64,000 nt of DNA from Gordius albopunctatus (lineage: Eukaryota): contig OZ193909.1 in the NCBI GenBank assembly GCA_964276515.1, positions 12,400,001 through 12,464,000 of the forward strand, read 5' to 3'. How positions within the stretch are numbered: the first letter of the stretch is position 1; every line of letters begins with the position of its first letter. Positions 49,984 through 63,356 of the stretch are shown piece after piece. Made by a program: the position numbers and the translations under genes. The notes beneath the pieces are model-generated. The model ran no database searches. It worked only from the letters and a program-made list of their open reading frames with translations, and was not told the origin of the DNA.

Positions 49984-52006
49984 ATAAATACAAATAAAAT
50001 TAGTACTCAAAATGATTTGCAAAGCGTTTTGCACGATCTATTCAATGCTTCATTTTTAAACTATAAAATCTGTCTTTCCTTTTGAAACTGGGTTAGCTAG
50101 TTATACAGTAAAGCTTGATGATCAAAGTTAACTGAAAATTAATAATCCTCGTGGTTTAGTAAAATAATTTTTGATGTATACTTTTAGATTATCTTCACTT
50201 GACGAACTTTGTTAAAGTTGGCATCGGCAAAGTTAATATTATAAAATTTTGGCTTTGGCATATAAACGTGCCGGGCATGGATGGACTTTTTGTTAAAAAA
50301 TACCGGCCGGACGTATACGGGTTTTAAGGTAATTAAACAATCCCGGACCAGGTATAGCTAGGCCCAACTCCGGCCAACAAAATTATATAAATAATATTTT
50401 CATTTTTGTAATTCACTTTTTTAGAAATGGTGCCTTTTTTATAACGTTTCTCAAATTTTATAATTATAAAATTTTTTCAATAATAACTCAATCAATATTA
50501 GTTTTATTCTCATTATTTTTTCAAAGAATTTTTAATTTTTAAATATGCGGATCCCGAAAGTTTTTTGTCTTAAATATGAATATTAACAAAATTAGGTAAT
50601 TTTGGTTAAATAAAATTGACCTTGCATAGATTTCCGAATACATTTTACACAAATGGTTATATGCAGCTATAAGTGCTACTAGTGAAAAGTTAACGGCGGG
50701 TCGCTTGTTAGAAGATCTTTTAATATGATTTTTATTGAACATTTTCAACATATAAGTAAATGTTTGTTTTAACATTATGAGGTCTATATCGTATAGCAAA
50801 TTTGAAAATAAAATTTAGATATTGAATATATAAAAATGGGTTAGATATTCAAAAATAAGATCTAATAATAATTAGATTTATTAATAAGTTATCTAAAAAT
50901 ATTATAGATATTCAAAAATGGTATAAAAAATGGCATATTCAAAAAATGATTTTTTAGCTTTTTTTCTGATCAGCTTTTTTTGAAGAGCTTTATTTTTGAA
51001 CACATTTTAGGGTCTAAATTTTTTATTAGCTTTTTTTCTGATCAGATTTTTTTTGAAGAGCTTTATTTTTGAAGAGAAACGTTAATAACAATTTGCCTAT
51101 GTAGATTAAGAAAATATAATCAGGACATGGCCCTTACCAGATCGAGAAACACTGTGGAACCAAATACTTGATATAGAAGGAAATGCTTGTCTCATGCACC
51201 ACACAATGTCTCAGTCAAATAAAGTGTAAAGCCTTCGAACTTACAATACGCAGACAAAAGTGATCAATCAATTAGCCAATGGTATAAGAAGTATAATCAT
51301 TCGTTTATCAATATTTAAGGACATTTAAAAATTTTTAATTTTTACTCAAAATTTTTCCCCAAAACTCCCCTAACCATGGACGAATCTAGGGAAAGGTAGA
51401 GAGATTTGTTTCCCATTCATGCAAAAATTATACTTGTATATATTTTTTATCAAATGATTTCTAAATTCCAATAAATCATTATTTTATCACCCTAAGACAC
51501 TACAATCACCCCTTCCCCTAATTCAAATCCTGGCTATGCCCATGGCAGTGGTAGCTATCACAATTAAAAATTATTTCCGATTTAAAAATGAGTTAATGTC
51601 TGTGAATGAATTGTGTTTTGAGAAATATTGGGAACCTTCATAAAGCGACTCCACTCTTCTTTAGACAAAAATATCGACAATTTGACGATTTTCATTTGGG
51701 CTGACACATAATTTGTATTCCGTGCACATCATTTTTAGCTCGTCCTAGTAATATTACAAGAACAAGGGTAAAGGGTTCTCCTTAAATAGTGTCATTCGGT
51801 GAGATTACTTACATTGTTTAGAGTTTAACTTAAGTTTGCCTGACTTAGTGTCTGTCTATACATGTCAAAATCATGACAAAAATTTGATTGTGTAGACTGT
51901 AACACTCCTATTTGAAATATACCAACCAACCACGAGGAGGTACAGAACCACATCCATTTAAAATGGGAGCTGAAGCTTTATTGGTGAAAGGAATTAGACT
52001 TGACTC

Positions 52007-52181
52007 CGTGGGCGTTTCCAAGGGCGGGGGAGGGGGGCAGGAAGGGGCGCCTGCCCCCCTCTAAATCCATTTTTTTTTGAAATTTATTTAAATTATGCCT
52101 AAAATTTGAAAAAAAGATCATTTTGCCCTTCCCTAAATCATTATTGCCCCCCCTCTAATTCCAATGCTGGCTACGCCCATG
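52007..52181. mobile_element. hAT-type MITE (CATGGG family)
   Basis: CGTGGGCGTTTCCA ... CTGGCTACGCCCATG; perfect TSD CTTGACTC. Confidence 0.9.
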
Positions 52182-52846
52182 CTTGACTCTAATAATAAGT
52201 GTCCGCGGTGTCGCTTATTGCCATTTGTGATATTCTATATAATGAGACTTAACTTTCCAACCAAAATGTTTTCATATTGATATTTAAACATTACACAATT
52301 TTGATTATCGCATTTTTTCGATTCAATAGATAATCCTATTAAAAATTCATTATGCTAGATGGCTTAAGATTGTAGGAGCAGGGCTAATTAATTTAATCAA
52401 AATAATATGAATTAATTTTTCGGTATTTTATAAACTTAGGCTCACTATTTTAAAATTTTAGTTTTTTCCCCTACTTTAACCCAAATCCTGGCTAGGCTTA
52501 ATTAATTATGTCTAATAAATGAAAATTATACAACAATATTTGATGGGAGGGGGTGAGTTATTCCCCCAATGCCTTATGATATTAAATAAATTTACTAGTT
52601 TTAAAATATGTTTGACAATTTTTGCAAATCATTCTATATACAAATATTTAAATTGCTGACAGACCATACATAAATTAAATGTATTTATAATAAACCAACT
52701 GCTTGTAGATCGTTCAATGTAGGTTCATATATAGAACTTCCTGTTTACATAACTTAATTCGAAAAGGTGAAGGTGAACCATATTTAAATATAGTTTATGC
52801 GAGGTGTATTATAATGTATTAGTCATAATGAGCATATTATAAAAGC

Positions 52847-52963
52847 CATGGGCGAAGCCAGGGGGGGGCCTAAATGGCGAAAAAAAATTTCAATGCAAAA
52901 AGCCTTAAAAATTAAATATGTTTTGCCCCCCCCCCCCTAATCCAAAGCCTGGCTACGCCCATG
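52847..52963. mobile_element. hAT-type MITE (CATGGG family)
   Basis: CATGGGCGAAGCCAGG ... CCTGGCTACGCCCATG; perfect TSD ATAAAAGC. Confidence 0.92.
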
Positions 52964-53921
52964 ATAAAAGCCTTAACCTTAAATTTCAAAAATAAGAATA
53001 AAATTTGTTATAAAGATGTGCCACCATTTGAAATAAGACAAAAATTTTCCTAAAAAACGCAAAACCATTCAATTTGCGTTCACGATAAAAAACCTTATTT
53101 ACATTAAATTTAATTATTTTATGAGTTGTAATCTGCAGATAAATTTTTTTCCAATTTTAAAAAACTCCTTAACCCCCACGCAAAGTTGCTTGTCCTCGAG
53201 TGGTTTAAACATTAATATATGACCCTAAACGTGTCGTAGCAAGTTTACACCTTTAACTTTCTACTTCTTAAAAGTCTATTTTTTGGCCCATGCCCCTGCG
53301 CTATCTAATCTTAGTAATCTAGCGCGCCAGGGTCGTCTACTGCTATTTGCCATCATGCTAATATGTATATATACTCTATTTATAAGCGTTTATATTATTA
53401 TATGGAAATGAAGTGTGGCTCTGCAGCTACAGGTAAAGAGAGTGTGTGTGTTTTTAGAAAAAAATGTAGTAGGAACTATAAAATGGTCATTGACACCTTG
53501 GCACATTTAAAAAAGCCTTGCCTTGCTGGGGTAGGATTTTAGAGAAGAAGATAGGGAAATAACTAAGGGAATCGTCGTTCTCTTTATTATCTCTGTATAT
53601 ATCTCGTTAAGAAAAACGACACTTTTAAAAAAGCGAAGTTGGGGAAAGCGGGCGAGGAAGTGTCATTAAAGTAAAATTTAATCTGTTGTGCGGTAATCAC
53701 ACGTAAAAATAAACACGTTCCTTCGCACAAAAATAACGTTAACTAGGTGTGAAAAGGAATTTAAAATCTTTCGCCTAATAATGCTAATAATATGAATACT
53801 ATTATATGATGTATAAAGTTTTTGAACTATATTGTATAAAAAGTCAATTATACCATGTTTATTGGCGGCACAAATCAAATAAAGGTCCACGGCGGTTCAA
53901 CTACACCATTGTAATTTAGGC

Positions 53922-54611
53922 TAGAGACCCGCAAAGTCATCTTTTCAATCCGAGTCCGACCGGCCTGAAATTTTTTTACAAATTTTCACCCAGATCCCCT
54001 GACCCGAAAGCGTTTAAATTTTTTTACCCGAATCCCTCCCGAACGTGTTTCAAATTTTGGTACTCGACGCGAAAGTAAGAAAAATTGCGGAGTGTAAAAT
54101 TTAATCGACAAATGATACCACAGATTTTTATTGCAAAATTTAGATCTACAATATCGGGTCTTTGTTTTTATTAATACCAATAATATATCATATTAATTTG
54201 ATATACATAGTTTTGCAAATGAACCATTTAATAAATTTAAACTTACTTTTATGTTGGTTTCTGAATATATATTTATATGGATTTACATAATTAGGAACTA
54301 TCACTTTATACTAGTTAAATACGATTCAAATATATTAATTTGTTGATTTTTTTTACCTTTTACGAATCACATTTAAATTTGCATCCAAATTAAAACAATC
54401 AGATTTAAATAAAGAAAATAAAATTAAATAAATGAATCAATGATCTTAATTATATATTTTGAAATTAATTAAAAATATTACACATAGTAGCATTAATTTT
54501 AAAGATATGTCCCGTATATGTTGAAATGTAAAATTCATAAACTTTAACCCGACTCGAATGCATTTTAAAATTTTCAACCTAGAGATTTCGGGTCAACAGT
54601 GTGGGTCTCTA
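53922..54611. mobile_element. hAT-type MITE, TAGAGACCC ends
   Basis: TAGAGACCCGCA / TGTGGGTCTCTA, TSD ATTTAGGC/ATATAGGC, subterminal CCCGA motifs. Confidence 0.8.
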
Positions 54612-55579
54612 ATATAGGCTCAGTCTGGGCTTGGAAAAAGGGGGGGGGGGCAATTGTTGACCAATGATCTAAGGTGGGACACAAATGATGATTTATTTAA
54701 TTTTTAATCAAAATTGTATTTAAAAAAATAATATTGCGGGTTGCTGGACTTCCTGTTTACTAGACTCCTGACTGCCTTGCCATTCGCTTTGGGTCATAAA
54801 TTCAGGCGAGGGACAAGCTCATTACATATACCACCAACACTTTGACTGGGTCTCTTTATAAATTATATATATATATAATAACAATTAATAAAACGTAGAG
54901 TCCATCAGCCGCCCCCACCGCGACGACAATTGTGTATTACTACTAAATATAGGACACCATATACAAAACATACATAATGTATAAGTAAGCATACTATTCG
55001 CGCGCGACCGAGTCAATAAATTATATAAAATTCCTTTAATAGCAAGGACCAAGAACGGCGAATTGAGCGAGGGAGGCTAGGGAGCCTCAATAGGGAATAA
55101 ACGCAGGAGGATGAAGGGCGAACCGATAGTCGTAGCACCTTTCTTAACTACACCACCTCTCCCTTGCACACCTAGTATATAAATGATAGAATCAATCAGC
55201 CTTAAATGTAATGCATCTCCAGGTCCAGCCAAGGAGGTGGGAAGGGGTTTTTAAAGGGGGTTCAGGGGAAGATAACCCCCACCTCGAGCAAATTTTTTAA
55301 AAGAAGCCGTGGGGATGCGGATATATAACATAGGTATGTATGCTTGGGCAACCTACTAATTGGAAAATTAACTGATGAGCGGCCCAATATAAATATTCTT
55401 GAATTATCGTAAATGTTAATCGCTAGCGCTACCCTAGGGCCCTCCTTATGAACCTTAAATCCTCATCATACACATTTTAGATATGTTTTTAATCAAGGCT
55501 CCCTGTTATCCCAGCTGGCAGGAGGAGGGTGGCTTTCATTTTTGGGAAATCCCCCACCTTATGTTATCACGCTTGTAAT

Positions 55580-55636
55580 CATGGGCGTAGCCCCCCCCCC
55601 CCCCCCCCCTAATCCAAAACCTGGCCTACGCCCATG
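55580..55636. mobile_element. Minimal 57-bp CATGGG-family MITE
   Basis: CATGGGCGTAG-polyC-CTACGCCCATG; TSD CTTGTAAT/CTTGTAAC. Confidence 0.85.
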
Positions 55637-56931
55637 CTTGTAACGCACGGGTAATAATGTAGTGGTCTATAATAAGTGTGTCGTCATGGCCTCATCAATC
55701 CACGTTTCCCTCACCATTTTTACCTTGCAGTTGAACTGATGATGTATGACTTAGCTACCCACACCACCACACCCCATTCCAACGCAGGAGGGGCTCGGGG
55801 GGGGGGGGGAGGAGTTTATACCCAACCTTTGCTAAGGTAGTTCTGTAGTTGCCACCAACACACCCTACCACCACCTAGCACAGTAGCCCTGTTTTGCATA
55901 AATTACCCTTCTATCAACATATGAAGATCTATATATTAGCCTCCCACAAGATATATGATATAATGTAAAATTGATATTTTCGCGTAAATAAGCGGGGGCC
56001 CTTAAAAACTTAATTTCATAATTCTTACCTTCTTCTTTTTTGCTTTATCCCCCGCCCCCTCCAACAGCTCTCTAATGTGTTTGTGCGTGGGGGGGGGACA
56101 TAAGGAATTTGAATAATTTACCCTTTTTTACCTTACATCGCAACTATTCCGAAAATTAAATAATTACATTACTCTCAAATTTTATGCTGTCGTGATAGCT
56201 GCTTTGGGCGTTTTATTCCTAATTTATCAAGAAGCTTCGCTCATTCCTACTCTCTACCTGATGAAATATATACTGCACTGCAAAGGTTAACATATTCCTT
56301 AAATTAATTTTAATGATTATCTTCGAAGTTATTCCTTGCAGTAGTTGTAGTTTTGCTCTGTGCCGTGTACTTTAGAGTATTCCAGACCCTATACTTGCAA
56401 GGATCCTGTAAGTAAACTATGTTGACATGGTATTAAAATGTTGCGTTGACAAATTTTATCCAATATTTATAATATAATTGTGAGAGAGAGTGACATAAAA
56501 AATAGTAAGGCGCTTTCAAATTAAACATTTTATCTTTTATAATAGCATAAAATCATAGAAAACAATAGTGAAATTATCAAGTTACCTTTGTAAAGTCGTT
56601 CTGAATTGTCGATATAAATAAATGGTTCCAAATGAATTTTAATGAACCAGACTAATGAGTTTAAACTTTAAACTCGTTTTAACTGCTATCATTAAAAGGG
56701 ATTTTTAATTCGATTATGCTAAATACAACACACGGAGTGACAAATAATTTAATCATATTATATTTGAATACTTATTTAAGGTTAAGGGTTATAAACTAAT
56801 TTGTCAAAGATTTCCTTTATTGGAAAAAATAGTTTTTCTGTGTTTGGGTTACTAAAGTTACAATGGTGTAAATATATTAATGATAACAAAATGGGGCGTA
56901 ATCAAGGACTGTTTGGATTTTAATGACGGGG

Positions 56932-57042
56932 CATGGGCGTAGCCAGGTTTTGGATTATGGGGGGGGGGGGGCAAAACCTATTTTTTTTAATTTTTAAGGG
57001 TTTGCATTGAAAATTTTTTGTCATGCCCTGGCTACGCCCATG
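56932..57042. mobile_element. hAT-type MITE (CATGGG family)
   Basis: Perfect 16-bp TIR and perfect TSD TGACGGGG. Confidence 0.93.
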
Positions 57043-59271
57043 TGACGGGGTATAACTTGTGACAAAAGGGGTGATTAACAAATTTAAAAAACTTTTAGCA
57101 TATTTGGACTAGAAATGAGGGGGGTGGGGGTACTGGGAAAAATTACCATTATCGCCATATTTTGGTAAACATTTGATTAGCCACCCAGCCTTAAAAATAA
57201 GGGTTTACACCTAGATTAATATTCTATGGAGAGAAACATAAGAAATGGCATTTATCTTAATTTGTTTTCAATTAATATTTTTATAAATAATTGTATATAG
57301 TTTTTTAATTCCATAGCATAAATATAAGTAAATGACCCAAAAATATTTCCCAATCAGTCACATTTCTTAAATTGTGTTGTGCAACGTAGTCATATACCGT
57401 ATAGCTCTAGAATGTTTATCATAGGTAAAAACTTAAAAAACGGTTTATTTAAATTTTTTATATGATTCATAAAATAAAGTAACAACATTATTAATTTTAA
57501 TAGCCCTTATCAAAGAAGATAAGACCAATTTAAAATAATTATGGCTGAGTCGGTAAACGTTCACTTTACTACTAGATACTGAAATTGAATCGATAACGGA
57601 TTTCTTACATTTGTTTTTTCTGCACCTGGCTCAAATATAGAAGATAGATCTTATTTTGTGTTTTCTTTATGTTAACACATAATTTTTATTTAATTTATCA
57701 AGAAATTCATGTGGAAATTAGCCTCATAATTATCATTTACTAACAACTTCTATAATATGAGTTTGGCAGTGACAGTACGATTGCCTTTCTTTGAATTGTA
57801 TTTTAAAAGTTATATCAAAATTTAAGTTTGGCGTTATATGGATGCAATGTTTCTTAAAATTGCAATTCTCTGTAAACATTCCACCTCACATTTTCCTTAT
57901 GCTCATGATTTCTCTAAGGCGTTAAAATGTGTATACCTTGATTCTTAGATTAGAAATAAGTGTAGATAATACGATTATCATGCCAGTTTAAGGTAAACAA
58001 ATTTTATCAGAAGTTTAAAACGCAAGGCCCTAGTAGAACATTGGCCTTGCCAAATATAATTAGTCACAGCAAACTTTGGGCCGAAACCACTAAATGCAAA
58101 AAAAACATGTGTTTAAAAAGGTGAGGAGGAGGAATGCACATTAAATATGATTTCCGCGACCTATGTATCGTGTCATTTTACCATTTCCGCATTCCCCAAC
58201 ATTTTTCCTCATTACACCTCCGACGCGCCGACAACCCCCAACGTTGCAATGGCATTAAAAGCGTTTCCCCCGGTGTAAATGAAAAAATAAAAATAAATTT
58301 ACTCTTACTTACTCCGAGCAAAGGTACTTAAGGAATTTCTTATATGATACCCTTTCTCCTACTGCGATCAAAATAACTACTTAGGCTTCTTGCCCTAGTT
58401 TAATCAATAGTGTTGTAGACGTACGCAAGGGTGTAATATACTTCGTTTTAGGGTAATTGTAATGGTGCTAGCGACCTTTTGCGATAATACTAAAAAATAG
58501 CATAATTTTTAAAAGTTACGACGGCGGCATAATTAATTATATCTTGCAGTGTAGAAGTAGCTCGTGACACCGAGTGTGAGTTTCACGTTTTATTTTAACA
58601 AAGTTCGAATCAATTTGTCATACAAATATTGGCTCCGCTAGTGGCAATTTAAAGAAGATAGATATCAAGGCGTAACTTAATATTAAAATTTTCAAAGCCC
58701 CCTTGACAATGTGAATATGAATTGGTATGTTTTAATAATTTTCGAAGGCGTACTTACCTCTAAATTGATTTTCAAACCAAACAACACAATTTAAACGTTA
58801 ATTAGACGTAGGGTTAGAAAAAACATTAAGTTACATTTATAATTAAAAATTGCCATGTTAAGCTAAATTAATATACAATTTCTATCGGCATCTTGTTGGA
58901 TCTTCTTAGCCCAAATATGCCTTACCGCGCAATCGAGATTGATTGTGTTAAATAAATAAGTTGACTTAAGTTCATCTCCCCGCTAATGTAGGGACATCAC
59001 ATCATGTTACTTGACTGGATACCTTCTAATTGTCTTTTAATAGCATAAAAAGCTTTGAACCTTGCCTCCTCTCACATTAACAATTTTTTTAGATTTTACG
59101 GCAAGTTGTCGAACTACTTCACTGTGTAATCAATTAGTTTTGCCAATTCAACGAAAAATGCCCGATTAGATGAATGGGCCCAATGGCATTGATTTTATTG
59201 GTATACAATGCCTCTTTAAACTCTCGTTATTTTTTGGTGCCCTAAAATCAAATGGCTTTGACATTAACATG

Positions 59272-59419
59272 CATGGGGGTAGCCAGCATTGGGATTAGAG
59301 GGGGGGGGCAATAATGATATTTTTTTGAAATTTTAGCCATAATTTTAATAAATTTTAACAAATTTTTGGATTTAGAGGGGGAAAGCCGCCACTCCATGCC
59401 CCCTCTGGCTACGCCCATG
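59272..59419. mobile_element. hAT-type MITE (CATGGG family)
   Basis: CATGGGGGTAGCCAG ... CTGGCTACGCCCATG; TSD TTAACATG/TTAACAGG. Confidence 0.88.
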
Positions 59420-61454
59420 TTAACAGGTATTGAAATGTCAATTGTAATAAAAATAAAATTGTAATGGGATATAAAGAATTAATTACATAAAGAGCCTGTG
59501 GTTTATTATATTAATAATTATCAACTTAAGAGAAAAAAACCTCTCCAATATTATTATTACCCATCTCACAGATTATAATTAATCAATTATGATCTGATTT
59601 TTAAAATATAAATATTTATTATTATGTAGACGTGTTAAACCTTATATTGTTATATTTTAAAAAAATTAAATTTCTTTTCTTTTTAGAGAGCGTCTGATAG
59701 TGCTAATAAATCAGTGAAGTTTTTTGACCCTTATACCAAATGTTTATCTATGCATAGCATATCAATACAAGGAAGTTATAATCAAGCTTAATCCCATTTT
59801 TATCTATATTATTAGCTAAAGTGAAATTAACTATTACATTTAATGCCACAAAATTGCACATTTGAGCTAATTACATAATAATTATATCCCAAGAGCGGAA
59901 TTTAAAACCTCATTTTAGCTAAAACTATTTATGGAATTTCCTTCTTTACTTTAAGGTCCCGAGGCAATTTTAAATTTGTGAAGTGATATTTGAAAAGGGC
60001 AGGGGGCTTTAATAAATTAATTTTTTTATATTTATTTAAAAAGCAAGATTCACATATGACAGATGACCATATATTTCCTCTTAAATTAATTTTTGTGAAG
60101 GGCAAATTAATTTTTTTGGGTGAATTCAATGCAGTTCATTTGTTGTATGTGAATTCTATTATTACAAAATCCGTTAAAAATTTTGTGAAAGGGCTATTTT
60201 TTGCCCAATAAATATGCAAATTATAATGCATTATAGATTAGATATGAGATATAAATTTTGGACATTTTGATTTTTCTCGAGGAGCTGTAGTTCAATGTGA
60301 AAAAATCGTTTGGTTTGTAAACGCTTCATTTTTTGCCCCTCAAGTTTATGTTAACTTTATATTAAAAAATTATATTCATACGTTAATTCTTTATTACTTT
60401 TAGAATTAGGCGTTCGTCGTTACCCTCTTTTTTATACTACCTAGTATCAATTAATATTCTGATACATATTTGCCCAGGACGTAGTCATTGATCGAAAAAA
60501 TGATTTATTATTCCGTTGGCTTCCAGACAACCCTAAAAATATAATTGCCGCAAGTTTCCCTCCTTTATATTATTATCATTATGTTTATATATTTTTAGGC
60601 GTATATCCCAATGAGTCTTAGCCATACAAAATTTAAAAAGTCTCAAATTTTACGGCCTATTTATAGGAGCTTTCTATGTCTACCAACATCAAATTTTAAT
60701 TTCATTAATTTCATTTATGGGTAGTGACAAAAATTGAACAAAAGTACAACGTGATAACTAGATTTGCTGGATGAGAACACACCCAAAGAATAATAATTTA
60801 TTTGGGGTGATTGATATAAAACATCCATCGACTTATAAAGCCAGTTTAGTCGATTATAAATTTTATGTCGCATTTTTCACTTTATCCATCAAAATTTTTC
60901 ATTTTTATCCTTACATTTTATCTCGGAAAATATTCTAGATGGTCTAATATCAAGATAAATCGCCAGGTTATTCCTTAAAATGTAAGTTCTCTTTAAAATT
61001 CGTAGTCGTACAACACGGTGTATTATTTTTTCGGTACACAATTCAAATTTAGACCGAAATTATTTTGAAAATCTAAATATCTGCAGTGCACTCTTAGCGT
61101 TAGTTTGCGTAATAAAGAAAATTATGAATAAGATAGTTTATTAACCTTTGTGTCTAACTTTTGCATTTTTCATATGGCGGGTGTAGAAAAGGTATAAGGA
61201 TAACGCAGCATAGTAATATGCTAATCGATGCTTGATCAAATTAATAAACTACCTTCGACAAACCTAGTTTTCACAATGATTTAACAGATGCTTAAAATAT
61301 GTTCTGAGATCATTGTGAAAGCTGATTTAGTCGATGTTTTACACTTCAACATCACACTCTCATCAGTCACATAACTGATATTATTCATCGACTTGCATAA
61401 AGTACATCATATACAAACCATATTTTGCAGCATATAAATAAGCGTCTGATCGGA

Positions 61455-62605
61455 TTACCACGTACATTGTTGATTAACGTTGGGGAAATTATTGTATGGA
61501 TCCGTGACAGGTGTATTTAAATTTTGGGCGTGTTCTATATCAATGGGTGCCCCGAGAAAAATATTACGATCGTTATTGGCAAGCTCGTGGTGGTGTTGGT
61601 GAGCTGCTATAAAACTGGAATATCCACTGTCATCTCTACCCCCCTCACAAAAATGTTGGTTGGTTAAGTTATTGTGGTCACCGGTGAGATCTAAGATCGC
61701 CTTCTCGCCCATCATATCACAGGGTCCGGTTGGGTAATGGTTGAAATTTAATTGCAAAGGCAAATTTTGGTGATGGTGGAGGTGGTCATCGTTATAAGCT
61801 GGTTGATGCATAACCACCATATTGCCATCATAAGGGTTACCGTTGTTGCCATAGGGTTCTTCATGGTAGAGGTGGTTGTTTGGTTGATTATTTGGCTGAA
61901 TCAACATCATCATCTTGGTGGTAGGCATTGCTATTGTCGTCGATGATTTACAATTTGGCGGCTGGGGGGATGTGGGATATCGATCGCCACCACACCCCAC
62001 CACCATGTTACTATCATCGTATGATGCCTGCTGAGCATGGACTCCAACAACCTCCCCTGACTCCGCTCCGTAATAGCTGTTATAATCTAATTTACTATTA
62101 ACTTCGTAGTGGGCACTCCTAGTAGGGGCCGGTAAGTAATAATCGTCAAACGTTTCTCTCCTGCAACCCCCATCGCTGGGAAAACCATTGAAATAAGGGG
62201 GCGGGGGAATTTGGATTTCATCTCTCTCGTCGCGATACATTTCTTCTTGACCCGAAGAACGAACCATCGCGTTATTGGAATTGATCGGTAGATATTGATC
62301 GAATTCGGAATTATCGATATTTTCCAATTCGTATTCTTCGTAACTAAGATTTCTCCTACTAATGTTAAGGCCGTAAGCCATATCCTCACAAGTTGATGGA
62401 TTGTCCATAGTGGGCCCAGGTGGTGGTAGTAAGGTGTTGTTTAAGTACTTAGGCTGAGCATAATATTGCGAATGCAGAGTGATCGAATCGGAGACGGAGC
62501 CCATTTTACTACTACTATATATAACGGCGATATCGTTTTCGTTGCCCTGCTGTTGGTTATTATAGGCCACGTAAGATGATGTGTTGAATTTAGAATTTTC
62601 GTAAC
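61455..62605 (-). CDS. Terminal coding exon of a Sox transcription factor (SoxE-like, SoxF not excluded); HMG box presumably upstream, beyond the window
   Basis: Acceptor TTTCTAG immediately before 62605 (phase 1), then 383 open codons to the stop. Contains LENIDNSEFDQYLP, matching the EFDQYL motif of SoxE/SoxF proteins, within low-complexity N/H/P/Y-rich sequence. The ORF-track start at 62570 is an internal GTG. Confidence 0.75.
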
Positions 62606-63204
62606 CTAGAAATGTGAAAAATTATAAAGGTTTAAATTAAATTAAGCGACAATGACATCTAAAATAATTGGAATGATTGGAAATCCAGTTTAAAAATTTC
62701 AAATAAGCATCATTCCATGATTGTCAAGCAGCTTATAAGCCTTTAGAAAGTCTTGACCAAAGAATTAGCCACAAAGAAGAAAATTTACGGAGAGTGACGA
62801 ACTAGGAAAATCTGAGTTGAAATATTGGCCAACTTAAAAGAATAAGCTCAACCATACAATATTGATAATTTTGAGTTAGTGTCGTCACTTGAAAATATCG
62901 CCTTTAACCAACAAACTACACCTTTTATGTCATATAGAAAAGGTTATTTATCGGGCAATTTCGGTCGAGGAAATATGCTAGGGAAAAACGGGAATTTAAA
63001 AAGAAGGGGAAAATGGGGAATATATGCAATGTTAAATAAAATGTTTAAAATGTTTTTAGAAATTAAATGTTTATCTATTAATAATACAAGTGAGATGAAT
63101 TTAGCTGACAAAAATATTTAAGTATTTTTAACATAAACTAGCTTTTTAATAGTAATGGGCTATAATGAAATATACACAAGATTAGAAATCTATATAGTTT
63201 TAAC

Positions 63205-63356
63205 TAGTGGTGATCAAAACCTAGGTTGGGTTTTCCCGAGGTCAAACCCGAGGTGGGTTTTGGGTTAGGGAATCTGAAAGACCTTAAAGGTCTTTTTCCA
63301 ACCTTAGCCCAAACCTTAGGTTTGGGTTGTACAAACCTAGGTTTTGATCATCACTA
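63205..63356. mobile_element. 152-bp hAT-type MITE in the Sox intron
   Basis: TIR TAGTG(G/A)TGATCAAAACCTAGGTT; perfect TSD GTTTTAAC. Confidence 0.92.

Larger units (their letters stand above)
48448..50760. mobile_element. Old copy of the same non-autonomous family, hosting nested insertions
   Basis: Starts CAGTGGCGTAAGCAAGG. 49990-50760 resembles positions about 70-800 (e.g. TGCTTCATTTTTAAAC, AATGGTTATATGCAGCT, TTGAACATTTTCAACATATAA). The right boundary is approximate. Confidence 0.5.

Noticed and set aside
61752..62389. Short ORFs 61752-61946 (+) and 62087-62389 (-)
   Set aside because: Antisense and alternate-frame shadows of the Sox exon.
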